A DNA stretch of 62,517 bases, filler included, from Sluysia triapertura (taxonomy: Eukaryota), in assembly GCA_046118255.1 (NCBI GenBank). It is 5 parts of 5 records of this genome, joined end to end, with 100 filler letters (N's around TTAATTAATTAA, not from the genome) between each part and the next. Parts side by side here need not be neighbours in the genome. Positions count along the whole stretch, not along the records: positions 12,658 to 25,756 come from JBJNIA010059873.1; positions 25,857 to 36,686 come from JBJNIA010192916.1; positions 36,787 to 50,806 come from JBJNIA010009322.1; 2 more parts are not named here. One strand, written 5' to 3'. Positions 23,845-37,938 of this stretch are shown here, in pieces (the stretch's first letter is position 1; each line of letters begins with the position of its first letter). Below the pieces are notes generated by a model that saw only the letters and a list, made by a program, of their open reading frames with translations, did not search any database and was not told where the DNA came from. Made by a program: the position numbers and the translations under genes.

Positions 23845-25756
23845 GTTTTATATTGATTTTACTATATTCATAAAATAATATAAGTTAAATAAATTAATTT
23901 GATATATTTTTGGTAAATCATCATAATCTTGCCTTATAACAAGTGTTTCTTAAAATAAAATAAATTTAAATGCGGTAACATTATTGCATTAAACACTATA
24001 TGCGCCCTTAAGCCAAAATTAATTTATTTTTCTGGCTGAATGATATTACTGCATATTACCACATATTTTACATATTATCATATGTAAATAATTTTAGATT
24101 TTTATATGTGCTTTATTGTGCAAACTTTGATAAATGTTTAAAAAAATTTTATTCCTATCATACAAGATGAAGCGAAAACTTACAAAATTAAGCCATATGT
24201 CGGAATAATATAATCTTTTTAAACATAAAATTAGAAATTTTAAAAATAGATATTTTTGAAATATTAATTAAAATTTCTTTTAATAACTTATTAATATAAT
24301 TGAAATTGTTTCATTAAAATGAGCTATTATATGTATAATTTATCTATCATTCTATTTATCTTTGTGTTCAGAAAAGTGAAAGTTAATAATTGAATATCAA
24401 TTTACCTACATATTGTCAAGATAAAGTTAAAACAGTATAAACAACGAAATAAATAAATATTTATTATTAGAAAGTAAAGCTTAATGCAATGTTAATTAAT
24501 CAAATTAATAATTTTTAATGGATTAGGAACTTAACAAGCTTGTGAGATTTAATATGAGTGTAGGTTTTGTGAAAACAGTAATTTAGTGAATTTTGATAGT
24601 GTTGCTACTTTATTTTAAGTTAATAGCGAAAATTCTGTAACAAAATTAAATGAGTCCGAATTTCAACAACCAATTTACTTTTCTTACGTAAATGTTGCGT
24701 CTTTAAAATCACTAGCTATTACGACTTAATATTAACTGGTTAGCTTAAAGGAACCTTAATAATTTAAATAGTCAGTATATCAAGTATATTCTTTCAGTAA
24801 TCTTCTTTTACAACATTAATAACTATTATTCCCAAATTCAAGTTCTTGACAATCAAAATCAAAACTAAGTCAATAATGTACTATTAAACAAAAATTCGTC
24901 AAAGAAAATCTTTAATAAATGCTGAGAATAACTAAAATGACAAAATAAACAATAATGTTTATAATAAAGTCAAAGACACTACAATCTAATTAAGACAAAA
25001 CAACCAGGAGTGACGCAACGACCACTAAAAATATGAATACCCAGAACGTTAAGAATAATAATAATGATTAAAAATATTTTTAAAATAAATTGGGTTTAAT
25101 TATCTTACAATTAGCTAAATAATTAAATAATTAATTCAAAATACTTTAAAAATAAATTGGGTAAAGTGTCTCCCACTAGAATTATGATAAAACTCCTTAA
25201 AAAATAATACATTTAATACTTTAAAATAAAATAGCGAAGGGGTTCTCCCACTAAACAATAATAAAATCCCTTAAAAAAGCAACTTTAATATTAACAAACT
25301 TAATATTTTTATAATAAAACTAGTATTTTCATAATAAATAAATTAAGAAAATTAAAGACCTTACCCTAAGCATGGATTTTCATATCTATCATCATCATTG
25401 TCATCTTGTCATCATTGTTATCTTGTTCTTGTGTTGTAAAAATTTTGAAATCTTTATTTTAAACACATTCATTATCCAATCAATTCACATTCTCACAACC
25501 AAACACTCACACAAATCATCCAAATCTCTTTGAGGATCAGACCAACAATAACAACTTTGACAACTACATGGTACGGTCTGTCAAACTTTATTAGGTACAA
25601 ATCTGATTTATTATCATCCGTCATTTCCTTTTACTCTACTCAATCTATTTTTACTTAATTTACTTCTCACATTAAAATGCTGTTAACATACATAAAAATA
25701 ATGAATTTAATTTCACTTTCTATTTTTTAATTAATTTTCTATTTTTCACACCCAAT

Positions 25757-25856
25757 NNNNNNNNNNNNNNNNNNNNNNNNNNNNNNNNNNNNNNNNNNNN
25801 TTAATTAATTAANNNNNNNNNNNNNNNNNNNNNNNNNNNNNNNNNNNNNNNNNNNN
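25757..25856. other. Assembly gap/spacer with linker
   Basis: N44-TTAATTAATTAA-N44. Confidence 0.98.
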
Positions 25857-26431
25857 TTTTTTATAATAGATTCTGCATCATTGGTTTCTGACTTGAAATC
25901 CTTCATTTTCATTTTCATATGAATAAAAATTTAAAAACCCGAGAAATTAAGAAGGAATGTAATTTTTAACACTTTTTTAATTGATTGTTCACCGATTTTT
26001 CTTTTGTTACAAATTCGTACTTATTAATTCGTACTTAACATTAATACATATTAATACATAATGTATATGTAAAATAAATATTGTTCAATTCTAAAAATTA
26101 ATGTTTTTAATTTTTATTAATCTTGCATTACGAAACATCAACGTTTTTACTATATTGGATTAAGCCAATCAACAGATGATGATTCTGTAAAAGTGAGCAC
26201 AGATCAAAATTGGTATGAAGGGTTTATCTTTGTCTACAAAAACTTAACACTAAGTTCTCAATTATTAGCTTCCAAAATAGTGATATGTCAGAAATATTCA
26301 GTGTAATTCTAATAAGCAAAAATGATAATCCTCGATCGACAATAAAGGTAAAAAGACTTATAGAAAACTTATGATCAGCCTTTGGAGGAAATGAGCATGT
26401 AATATATTACAAAATTTCTCATGGTAGTCAA

Positions 26432-26960
26432 TGTGGTGGTCTACCTGTTATTCTTACAAATTTTATCACATAAACTACATTCACCTTCAGAATCTATAGT
26501 GTACATTTTAAAGATTCATTAAAAACATTTCACTCATAAGCATAATTACATCGATTAGCATTTAGAATCATTAATGCACATTCAAATTTCATTTAGGACG
26601 TTTTAACTCATAATCTCACAACATTACAACATTAATACATATTAAAACCCAGTTAAAACATTTCATTCATCATTTCACAACACCAAAATTACAATTACAC
26701 TTTCAAAATAATCAGAATTTCTCAAATTCTTATTATAACCACACAGAAATCACTGGCACTTTCAGATTTAACACCTGATAAATAAAAACTTCATAAAAAC
26801 AGTTCATTCACAACGCATAACTTAAGAAGCACAACATAAGCCCTATAAGAAACCTAAGAAACTCGCCAAGCTCACAATTCTTCGATTCTCATCCACACTA
26901 AGAAAATCAGATGTATTAAGGTAATTTAAATAAGTAAGAAATAAAAGACAAGAACTCAAG
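26432..26960 (+). mobile_element. LTR-like dispersed repeat (family B); end approximate
   Basis: tgtggtggtctacct...acaaattttatca is homologous to the reverse complement of 37440-37490. Confidence 0.45.
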
Positions 26961-29900
26961 AATTTTAGTATATGAAGAAACTAAAGAAATAAATAGAAAG
27001 ATTGTGTTTCTTAATATTAATTAACAATTTTATTATTTTATTGTATCCAAATACTAATTTATTTTTTATCTGTATTAATTTATTAACTTTGTAACTACCA
27101 CTACCAGTGATGACATTAATGATTCACAATCACAATTTATTGTCACTACTAATAGTGGCTCTATTCGTAGCAGTCACAAAAGTCTTCACATTAGTAACCT
27201 GCCATCAGTCGACAGGCATCTTAGATCATTTAATGTTATTTTTCTAACTGTCGACTGATGACAGTTCATGATATATAATTACAATTTTTGTTTCTCAGTG
27301 TTTGGATGACTGCCTAATTAAAACTATTCACATCATCTACTTTTTGCGTTTTGATTGGGCAGCCACTTGAAATTAAAAAACAATTGCTGCTGTTTGACAA
27401 AAATATGACTTATTGCGGTAATGCCATTCGATAATTGTAGAAAATTCAATTAAGTTCGTTACTAAACGAAAAGAATGCAATCAATCGATATTAAATTATG
27501 ATCAAATTTGTCGATTAGATGACATATCAAATGCAACTATTATGATAAGCGGTGAATGTGGTCAACCAACGTTGCCTATTACAATGAAAGATTTTCTGAT
27601 AACTTTGCGTCAAAAAATGAACTATTTAGATTTTCCATATTTGGATGTTAGATTAAATCGTGGTGCTGCAGTTTATATTCAGATTTAATTTACTTCAATA
27701 ATCATGAAAAGAACGAAGAATTAATGTTTATATTTCTTTTAGAAGGAGCATGTATGTGCAAGGAAAAACAGGAAGGTCATAATCTCCATAAAACTGTTAA
27801 AGAAAATGGAATTACATCATATATCATCGAAAGGAATGCTGATTCGCGTGATAGTTTTAGTACTTGTAATGTGTAGTCTAAGAAAACCCATTCTCTGAAC
27901 AAATGTATTTATATCGAATGTCGCTAATCAAAAATCTTGATTATATAACAACAATGAATTCAGAACCAATTACAAATTTCTCCTTAATTGATAAATTGCT
28001 TCACAAATTTTTCATTCTATTTTTTCCTGGACATCGAATGGATTCAACTGTCGACAACTGTCTGGACATTTCTATCTACATTATAAAGATATTAGAACGA
28101 TATGTGAAGCTCATACTAGATATTGATTCTGTTATAATGCACAATAGAACGAAGTTATCAGTACTACGTACGAGAATAGCTAAATTTGAAACATAAGGTT
28201 ATTCAAGCAAATAATGATCGCTCCTGCTATTTTAAAGCCTATATTTTCCCCTGTGTTTTGGTTTGGACTCAAATTCATTTGGTCATATTTGTAGAATTCG
28301 CATCCTGATGAAAGATATAACCTCAGCTGGACTTCATTACAAGAATGGTTATAATATTAAAGTAATTGTTATTTACTTTCTTTATGATATTATGATTTTT
28401 CGATTCTTTTATTTATTTATTTTGTTTTAAAATGTTTAGGAATCAAGCATATAACTTTGATAAAAATTTAAACCTAGATCTAAATGTAATAAAATCAAAG
28501 AAAATAAAGTTTTTATGTCTTGTTCTTTATTTTTATCACTGTAACGATAAAATAAAAAATTACCTACAGTTTCATTACAAAATAATGACTAAATTAAAAA
28601 TGCATAATTTTATTAAAGTAATCAATGAGTGTTATTCAAATTTAAGCTCTAAATTTTTAAATATAAATAATCGAGTATATCCACAACAATCAAAAGATAA
28701 TTTTTGATCTCTTCTATGAACAATCACATCCATTAGATGAAAAAATATCTGTTGTGTCCTAAATATTACCTCAATACGATAAAACAAAACCTTAAACTTC
28801 AATTCAAACAAGAAAAATGCTATAAAAATGAATTATTATGGAGATTTAATGCAACTAGCTATAATCTAGATCTTGCGTCATCAGGTGTTCGTCAGATCGA
28901 TGGAGAATTTAATTATCTTTTTCTAATGACCCAAATGAAGCCTTAGAGGTGTTTTCTGCTTTCAAAGACAAATAAGGATCACTAATTTTTGATTTAGCTT
29001 CTAAAATTTTTAATATATAAATTTCTTGATTCAGAGTAATTATTTCAAATTTATTAATTTAATATTCTAAAAAAGTATTCATTAATTTTGCTCATTATTT
29101 GTGCTCATATGCAAGAATGAATTATTTTAGAATTTAAAATAAAAAATGATTAAAATTGTATTTTTTTAAAAATTAATTCAATTTAAATATAATCAAAATA
29201 TCAAAATTAATTTTCAGTTTAATATTAATTTAAAAATTATAAAGCTAAAATTTAGTATTACTTAACAATAAATGTTATTTTAAAAGTGAAATTTATTAAA
29301 TTTAAACTTATTATACAATTTAAACAGCTAAAACTAATTGAAATTTAGATTTAATCAAATAAAATATCTATTTTAAAAATCACAAATATTTTCAATCTAA
29401 ATTAAATTTTATAGTTTAATTAAAGAAATTTGATTTAATTTTATTTTAAAATTGTCGTTTTTAATATTAATTGATTCAATTTAATTTAATAATTACATCT
29501 CATTGAGATTATTTATTTATTTATTTGATATTTTTCTCCTAATATTTTTTTAGTAAATTACATAGATTTTATTAATGAATAAAATAAATTATTCTTTCAT
29601 TTTTGTATTTTAATTAAAAGACAATGTTAATCATAAAACTTACTTTACTATATGGCTTATTTGTATGTTTTGAATTCATATACTCTTCTAAATGTATAAT
29701 TTTCATTAGTACAGTATCTTTGGCACTGTTATATGCTTTGATGTGATTAGATATAATAATTGAAATTAATACAATTAGTACACAATAACTCATCGATTAA
29801 CTGAAATATTAAATCATTCCATAATAAAAACGAATCGTGTCATTTCTGAAATAAAAATTAATCACAATAAATTTTATATAAATGTGTTGTGTACTTAAAT

Positions 29901-31555
29901 TAAAGTTATATTATAATAAAATTATAATAAGTTATATTATTATAATTATTATAAAGTTATAATATAATAAAATTATATTATAATATTTCAAAAGAGTGTT
30001 AAGTTATATTACAACATTATATAATAAATAATAATAATAATAATAACAATAATAATATTTATAATAATTTCTGCATTGTATCAAATAAAAATATTCGTAG
30101 TCATATAATTAATATAAAAATGACTATAAAGTCAGAACATTAATTTTAACAAAGGTAGGAGCGATAAACTTTCAACTATTAATTTTTGAACAATATTTTT
30201 TACGTATTTTATTATTTTAAAAAGAATAAGAACAATACGATTAAATGCCCATAAAAAAGCCAAAAATACAAAGTACAATCGTGTCTTTTAAATTTACTTA
30301 ATCATAAAGTTGACAGTTCACGAGTTTCCATAAAGCATGAACCTCTACCAACGTCAAATAGTTACATATCAACAAGTTTTATTTTTAGTTTTATTTTGCG
30401 AACCAAGTTTCTAAAAAATCACAAAAATTTTATAAATTAAATTTAAAAATTATTTAACGAATTATGTGTGAGTTTTATTTTTAACAACTTTTGCGGTTAT
30501 TTGGTTATTTTCCAAAGAAAATATCTAACAATATTTAAGACTACTACAAATGAGAGTTATTTTTATCGAAAATATTAATTAATTAAATAATTAAGCGTGG
30601 AATTAGCGACATGTTTACGAACGATAAGCAGTTAAGTAAAAATGATCAAAATCTTAAAATAACATGACAACATGAATGTGGAGATGAATTAAAGAAAATA
30701 TATTGTAACTCTTTTTGTGCAACTTTTTATGTTATTACATTATAGGTTTATCTTTTAATTTGATCTATGGGCCATATCAGAAATTTTTCTTATTCTAAAG
30801 GAAATGACAGATTTCCTAACTAAATAAACAATCTTTATTGTATTTTATTTCATTTCATTTATATTATTTTATTTTATAGAACTGTAAGAAAGTTTTACAT
30901 TTTAGATTACTCTAATTATTTCAAAAAAAAGCTTTGAAAATATTGATTATAAAATAACTTAGGTGCTTTAAATTTTAATATATATATTTACTGTATTATA
31001 TAATATAAAAGTCCTCGAAACCGAAAAGTATATTCATTATAATTTGAAAAATGATTATTTATATAACTGCATTACTTTAAGAAACGATGTTAAAATCATT
31101 TTTAAATAATTGAAGATGTCAAAAATTAGGAATAAAAGCAGAATGTAATATTAAGGAAATTTAACAGTTTTCCATCAAAAATCAGTTGGAACTCTCATTT
31201 ATCTTATGGATATTTTGATAATGTTTTAAAAAATAACTTCAAAAATTGTACAAAGTTTACTAACTCAGTAAAATTTTTGTTTTTTATCACATATCATAAT
31301 GAAACACTATTTTCTCATATTAATATAATAATAGGCAATGAAACGATTGCTAATAACATAGTTCATGGTTATCTTTTTACTGAATTCCTTTAATGTTACT
31401 TATTTCCGCAAAACGGAGTCTCAGCTCATTATTTATTAATTTTGACATAATTTCGTTATGAAATGTTTTCACAAACATTGTTCATTAAATGTGGTACTTA
31501 TGTTACCATTTTACTAAATCAATAATTTCTGTTTTTTGCATTTCTAATCAAAATA

Positions 31556-31563
31556 AATAAATA

Positions 31564-31621
<58 letters not shown>
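31556..31621. repeat. (TAA)n microsatellite
   Basis: About 20 TAA units. Confidence 0.95.
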
Positions 31622-31624
<3 letters not shown>

Positions 31625-34600
31625 TATAAATTATTGCATATTTTTCACATGCCACAATAACTACAGAGAATTATCTTTGTTCAATATCTTTGAAGATAAT
31701 CTTGTAAAACATAATAAATGTAATTACTAAGATAAATATTTTTTATTTTAAATTTAATTATAATAATTTATAATTATTATTTTAATTATAATTAATAATA
31801 ATTTAGCAAATATTATTCAATTCTTTATTAACATAACACAATACTTTATATTTACAGTTGAGTTTAAAAAATAATCTGTCAGAGAATAGCTCGATGACTA
31901 TACTTAATATATGAGCTGTTACTCTGAATATTACGTTGTACCAAACTATATATATGTAGAACGAGAATATTTCATACAGTAATTGCTACTAATTATTAAC
32001 AATGTAAAATAATATTTATTAAAGTTTTCGTAAAATCAATTTTATTGCATTAATACATTTTTTGTAAAACAATATCCATAAACTTTTTAGGAGAGAGGAT
32101 GAAACCGACGCAATTAAAATAGAAATAGCTAAAAATATATAAATGATTATTTCTAATTTTGAAAAAAATATAATGCAGTCAAAATAGTATTTCTTTTATT
32201 TGAATAACTTTTTCTTAGATAATTTTAATTAAATTTTTGGTTTTTATAAATTTAAAATTATTTTAAATTTTTCTGAACTTTCTAGTAAGTTGTTTTTTCT
32301 TGAAAATTATTGAAAAAAGTAATTAAAGATTAAATGTTAATATAATGAATACACTAAACGTTAAATCTATTTAGAAATTTGTTGGCGATCTTGAAATAGA
32401 TGGTTAAAGTTTTATTTTTAAAGAATACAACGTCAAATAAAATTCAGATTAAAAATTCAAATATTTATTTAGACATTAATTTAATAATTTAAATAATTTA
32501 AAATTTAATTAAAATTTATTATTTACGTAATAGAATAATATTTAATATTGCAAGATATTGTTCGCTAAGATAACGGAAATGTAATTTGTTTGAATACATT
32601 ATTTACTGATTACGTCATACTGGAGTAATAAATTTTTGATTTTAAGCCAAGAAACAAGTGAACAAATTTTTAGTTACAAATCTTTAATAAATCAGTCAAT
32701 TAAAGATGTGAATTGCTGAATTTCTTCAAAAATGTGTATCTAGATTTAGTTGAAAGATAATATTTTCGTACGTATATTATCGATATATTACAATATTTCG
32801 TTTATTTCAGTTTTTCTTTTATTATTTCTTCAATTTTATCACTGTTTTTATAAAACTCGAGGATTAAAACTTCTTTATTTCTATGATATAACAATAATAA
32901 ATACCCATAAAAAACAAAAAATATAAAACAGAGTAAACTTTCCATTATTTTACTTCAGCGTTTAGTAATTTTAAAGACAAAGTTTATTTTAGGTTTAATT
33001 TATTTTGCAATTTTCGGCATTTCATTTATTTTTTGTCATTTTTATTTTTTTGCCTACCTCAGTTTAAATTATTGAAATAAAAACTTAATTGTATGCGCTA
33101 ATTATTACATTACATAATTACATTCTATTGAATTTTTATAATAATTAATTTAGTAATTTTATATTTAAAAATCAATAATTTTATTAAAGAATTATAAGAA
33201 ACATTTTTACCATAGACTGAAATTATAATATTGTAATAATTATTATTATTCGAATTTTTTTCATTATATATAGAACATTAATTAAAACAATATTACTCAC
33301 AAAGAACAATAATAAAAGCAGTTTCATAAATCACGATTTAATGTGTTCATAAATCAATTCCTAAACAAAATCGTCTTGAGCAACTGCAGTGTTTCGTGTC
33401 AGTATTTCCATTTTCTCTAATTATTCTTGTCATTTATATAAAATTATTTATTTACAAATTATTATTAACAAAAATTAATATTACTCTTAGTTATTACTTA
33501 AAATAACAATTAAAATGAGCAATATTTATATTTTATATAAATATAAATTTTAATTTTAATTAAAATAAAATATTTTTTGCAGTTTAAAGTCATTTTCATA
33601 ATTAATTGTATTTTTTATTTTTAGAAAATTTTTTGTTATTTATTTGTTTGTTAAGATCATAATAAATGTAGCTTAGTAAATTAATAATACTTTATAAATG
33701 AATTTAGTCTGCATTTCTTATTCACAAGTGCAGTGTTAAAGTTTAGTTTGTTTTACTGAAATAGGTTTTATGAAAATAGTAAATTTATGAGCTCACTTAT
33801 TTCAAACTCATAAATTATCAATTAGTCAGGAGCGAAAATATTGCACTTAAAGATTACAAAATTAAACTGGGATTTGTTAAACAGGATGAGCCGTACATAA
33901 CACAGGATATTAATATATTTTTGTTTGTTAGTTTATATGTTTGAATTTATCTTTCTGAATGGCTATTCCATATAATTAATAGATCTAGTTATGGATTTAC
34001 CTACAAGATACTATTTATTGAGTTGCTATTATAATAGTCAAATCAGTCAATGTGGAAAATGAATGGTTCAAGATCTTGGTGATAGCACAATTGTTACAAA
34101 GCTGGTAACAAACTTCAAAGCCTTTCATGCTCGATTTTAATAAATATTAAACACGAAAGAATATGGAGTATACGAACGAGTATGTAGTTTCAATAAATAA
34201 AAAATTAAATATAATAATAATATTATTAAATAAATAATTAATAATAATAATATTATTATTATTATTATCATTAACATCATAAAAATAACTTTTGTTCAGT
34301 AAAAGCAATAAAAATTATGTGTTTATCTGATTTAGGAAAAAATAAGTTTTTCCTGTGTAATTATTTAGTTTTTGTAATCGAATTACTTATCACCTAATAT
34401 TGAAATAAATATTCCAATATATTAATTTAAAAATAAAAATTACTATCAACCTATTTTTAATAAAAACAAATTTTACTAGCTCTAAGTTTCGTCATTATTG
34501 GATGTCTCATGTTTACTTTTGTGAACATTCATTATTTATTTTTCTCAAATTTTCTTACCAAATCTTTTAGTGTCCTTTGATTCTGAAGTTATAATCGTTG

Positions 34601-36619
34601 AGGATGTTTTGGTTTCTGAGATTTTTTGATTAGGATTTTTTTAAACTACCTTTTCATTTCTAGAATTTAAGTTGCATTTATCTTTACTTTCTTTAAACCA
34701 CAAATTGAAATTCTTTATATTTCATGAAAAGTTAATAGAATACATGTATGTTTTAATATTTAAGGAAAATTCGAAGTATTATAAATGAAGTTGAATAGAG
34801 ATCAGTGATACCTTTTTTTGAAAGCAAATAAATGTCTATATAAATAATGCATATAAAAATTTCGAAATGTAATTAAGACAATGATAGCAAACTGATAGAA
34901 ATTTTATACGAAATATTATGCAAAACCTCTCGATATAGTTAAATAAAAGTTGGATCCGTTAAAAAAATTAATTACCTTATGTACAATGCAGTAAATACGA
35001 AGACATTGATAAATGAACAAAAACTTACTGAATTAACAATTAAAGAAGTTTCTGAGAAATTTGAAACTTTGAAATATTTGAAATATCTCAATAAATTCGG
35101 AAACAAAAGTGAATATGTCTTTAATTTATAACAACTTATGTAGAATCCACAGTGAGGATAGGTTATGTATCGTTTGTGTTTAATAATCATACAACCAGCT
35201 ATGAGAAAATATGAATTTACTGGAAGATTAGGTATTTATGATTAAGTATATCATTATATTTCATAATTATTATGAATGACTTATTTTAAGCGCTTATAGC
35301 AAATATAAGCGCTATTTAAATTAATATATTATTATCATAGAACTGAAAGGTTTCTATCCTCGAGTTTTGGAAGACCGTCTAACTCGATAGAAGAAGTATG
35401 TAAAAGGAAATGGTTTTTATAATCTTGTGAAACCTATTCGTTAGGTTAGTATCAAAACCCTGTAACATAATAATAATACATTTTAAAATATTTATTAAAT
35501 GCAATAAATAAATAATAGCATAAATTTTATTTTCAATTTAAATTTACAAAGTAAAATATTACCACTTATATTAATAAGTAATTAATAATTATTATTTTAT
35601 TATTAATGCTAATACATACTTAAATAGAGGGCTATATATCTACATAAATAATGATTATTTTTGCTCAATTTTTGGAAATAATTTAGCTGCCATATTATAA
35701 TGGACCATTTTAAAAAAAAGGTTATAATTATCTGAATTCATATTTTAATTAGTAAGTTTAATATATTTAGGATTTATTCATTCTTCTTAAAATATACTAA
35801 AAAATCATTTGTTTACTTACTTTTTTTATCTTATTTAATCAAGGTTAAAATCTCTTTTAAATTTCTTTAATTAAAACAATTTTTATATACTTTTCACTTT
35901 CCATTCATTCTTAATTTTTATTTTATTATTCTACGACTAATCATTATCTGATATACTTTATTATAAATATTTTATTTGTTTTTTGGGAAAAATATTAATT
36001 CAATGAAGTTATTTGTTGTTAAATATTATTATTATCTTCGTGAATAATTTTGATTAAATTAATTTCTAAGTGTTTAATTAATAAGTTACTTAGAAATATG
36101 AATCATTACGTATTATTATTACGTAGGAATATATTTTATTCATTTTTTAACATACAGTTGTACGATAATAATTTGGCAAATCTATAAATAATACATTCAA
36201 CATAAATAAGTTTATATAAAATTAAGAAAGATAGAAATTGTAGAAAAGCTATAAGTACCAATGGTAGAGTTACGGGCAGTCCTACTGTACTTTTTAAGCC
36301 ATGTGCTGTAACCGAACCGATTAAGTTCTTTTATTTTCTTTAGCTTATTTGTACTCATTGTTTAATGAATATTTAACAAGTATCAAATTTTGAAATTCGA
36401 AATGTGTGAATATTTTTCAAAAAATATTTATTTTTGTTTATTTTTTACTTATATGACGCATTATTATGTTGTTATATATAAGCGATGTTATATAAATGCA
36501 TTGATTTATTAATATATTTAAAATTTAAAGCTTCACTTGATGTAAAATGTTATTATTTTATATTATCATTGTATTAAAAGTATAAGATAATTAAAATAAA
36601 TATTCTTGATTCACTATTA

Positions 36620-36620
36620 A

Positions 36621-36663
<43 letters not shown>
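36620..36663. repeat. (TAA)n microsatellite
   Basis: About 14 units next to the gap. Confidence 0.9.
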
Positions 36664-36666
<3 letters not shown>

Positions 36667-36686
36667 TAATATTAATATTACTAATA

Positions 36687-36786
36687 NNNNNNNNNNNNNN
36701 NNNNNNNNNNNNNNNNNNNNNNNNNNNNNNTTAATTAATTAANNNNNNNNNNNNNNNNNNNNNNNNNNNNNNNNNNNNNNNNNNNN
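36687..36786. other. Assembly gap/spacer with linker
   Basis: N44-TTAATTAATTAA-N44. Confidence 0.98.
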
Positions 36787-36959
36787 CTTTTAAATATTCT
36801 CAACATATTTAAATCTAGTAAAAAATTAAATATCTTTGATGATGTATGAAGGTTAAATGTTATTATGTAGAAACTTATGATTTAAGTATCTTAACATAAT
36901 ATAAATATTTTACGTGAATTTTAAATGTACATTGATGGAATAATGTTTATAGCTGAAGA

Positions 36960-37490
36960 TGTTAATAGATTGTGAGTTGCTAATATGTTATAAGGGTGTA
37001 GTATGTAGATAAGTTATAATCTAGCTTTTGGCGTGTTCAAAAGGTGATTGTACAATGTTGAGAATGTGATTTATTTTCTTGATGTTTTTAAGTAATATTG
37101 TTTTTTTTGTGCTGTTATGGATGTGAATTTAAATTGACTTTAGCGGATGAATTGTTTTAGTGGATATAGAGGAGATAAATATGAGAATGTTAAAATGTTA
37201 TAGAGTATGGTTTATGTACAATGTGTTGATTTTGTTTAATATTGTTTTATGTTCATTTTAGAGTGTAAATGGTAGATTTTGAAATGTTTTGAAAAATAGA
37301 AGTTGATTTTGGTGGATCTGGAAAGAAATAAGATATAAAAACGGTTGTAACTAATTTTACAAGGTTGTTGGTGTTAAAACGATTATGATTTTAATTATTT
37401 TTGTATTTAAAATTGTGAGTTGTGGGTTTCTGAAAATGTGTAATATAAATTTTTGATAAAATTTGTTAAGGTAGTAGGTTGGCCACCACA
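36960..37490 (-). mobile_element. LTR-like repeat family B, inverted copy
   Basis: Reverse complement begins tgtggtggccaacct...acaaattttatca; same strand-composition skew as 26432-26960. Confidence 0.45.
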
Positions 37491-37627
37491 TTTGGTTTGC
37501 GTCTTTAGTTTTGTTACAGTATACGACTTTCGACCTGAAATTGGTGCACCTCTTATTATAAGTAATAAGTCTTAATGTCTTAACCTTAAATTCGTCTTAT
37601 TAAATAGGTCTGTTCTTACTTTTAGTT

Positions 37628-37938
37628 TGTCATCACAACCCTTACAATATTAATTTATCATAACTTTACAAAAAGAAACTTATTTTCTAAAAACATCCTC
37701 ACTAAAAGTAGAAAAGAAGTTTCTAGAATGTTCTACTGGCTGTTGGTTTATGTAAAGAGCTGACGTTAATAATGAAGCAAACACAATTTTAATACATTAA
37801 TATAAACGCCATCTTGTTTTACAAACAATTTTTAGACGCCATTTTTAAAGTAATTTCATCATTTTTCAGTCGATTCGCTTCCATCTTGATATTGGGAAAT
37901 TTTTAGCAGTTTCACAAATTTGGTTCAAGGATCTGACA
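37628..37938 (+). mobile_element. Solo LTR-like element, family A
   Basis: Starts TGTCAtcacaaccc and ends TGACA (5-bp terminal inverted repeat); internal ttctagaatgttc; no clear TSD. Confidence 0.55.
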
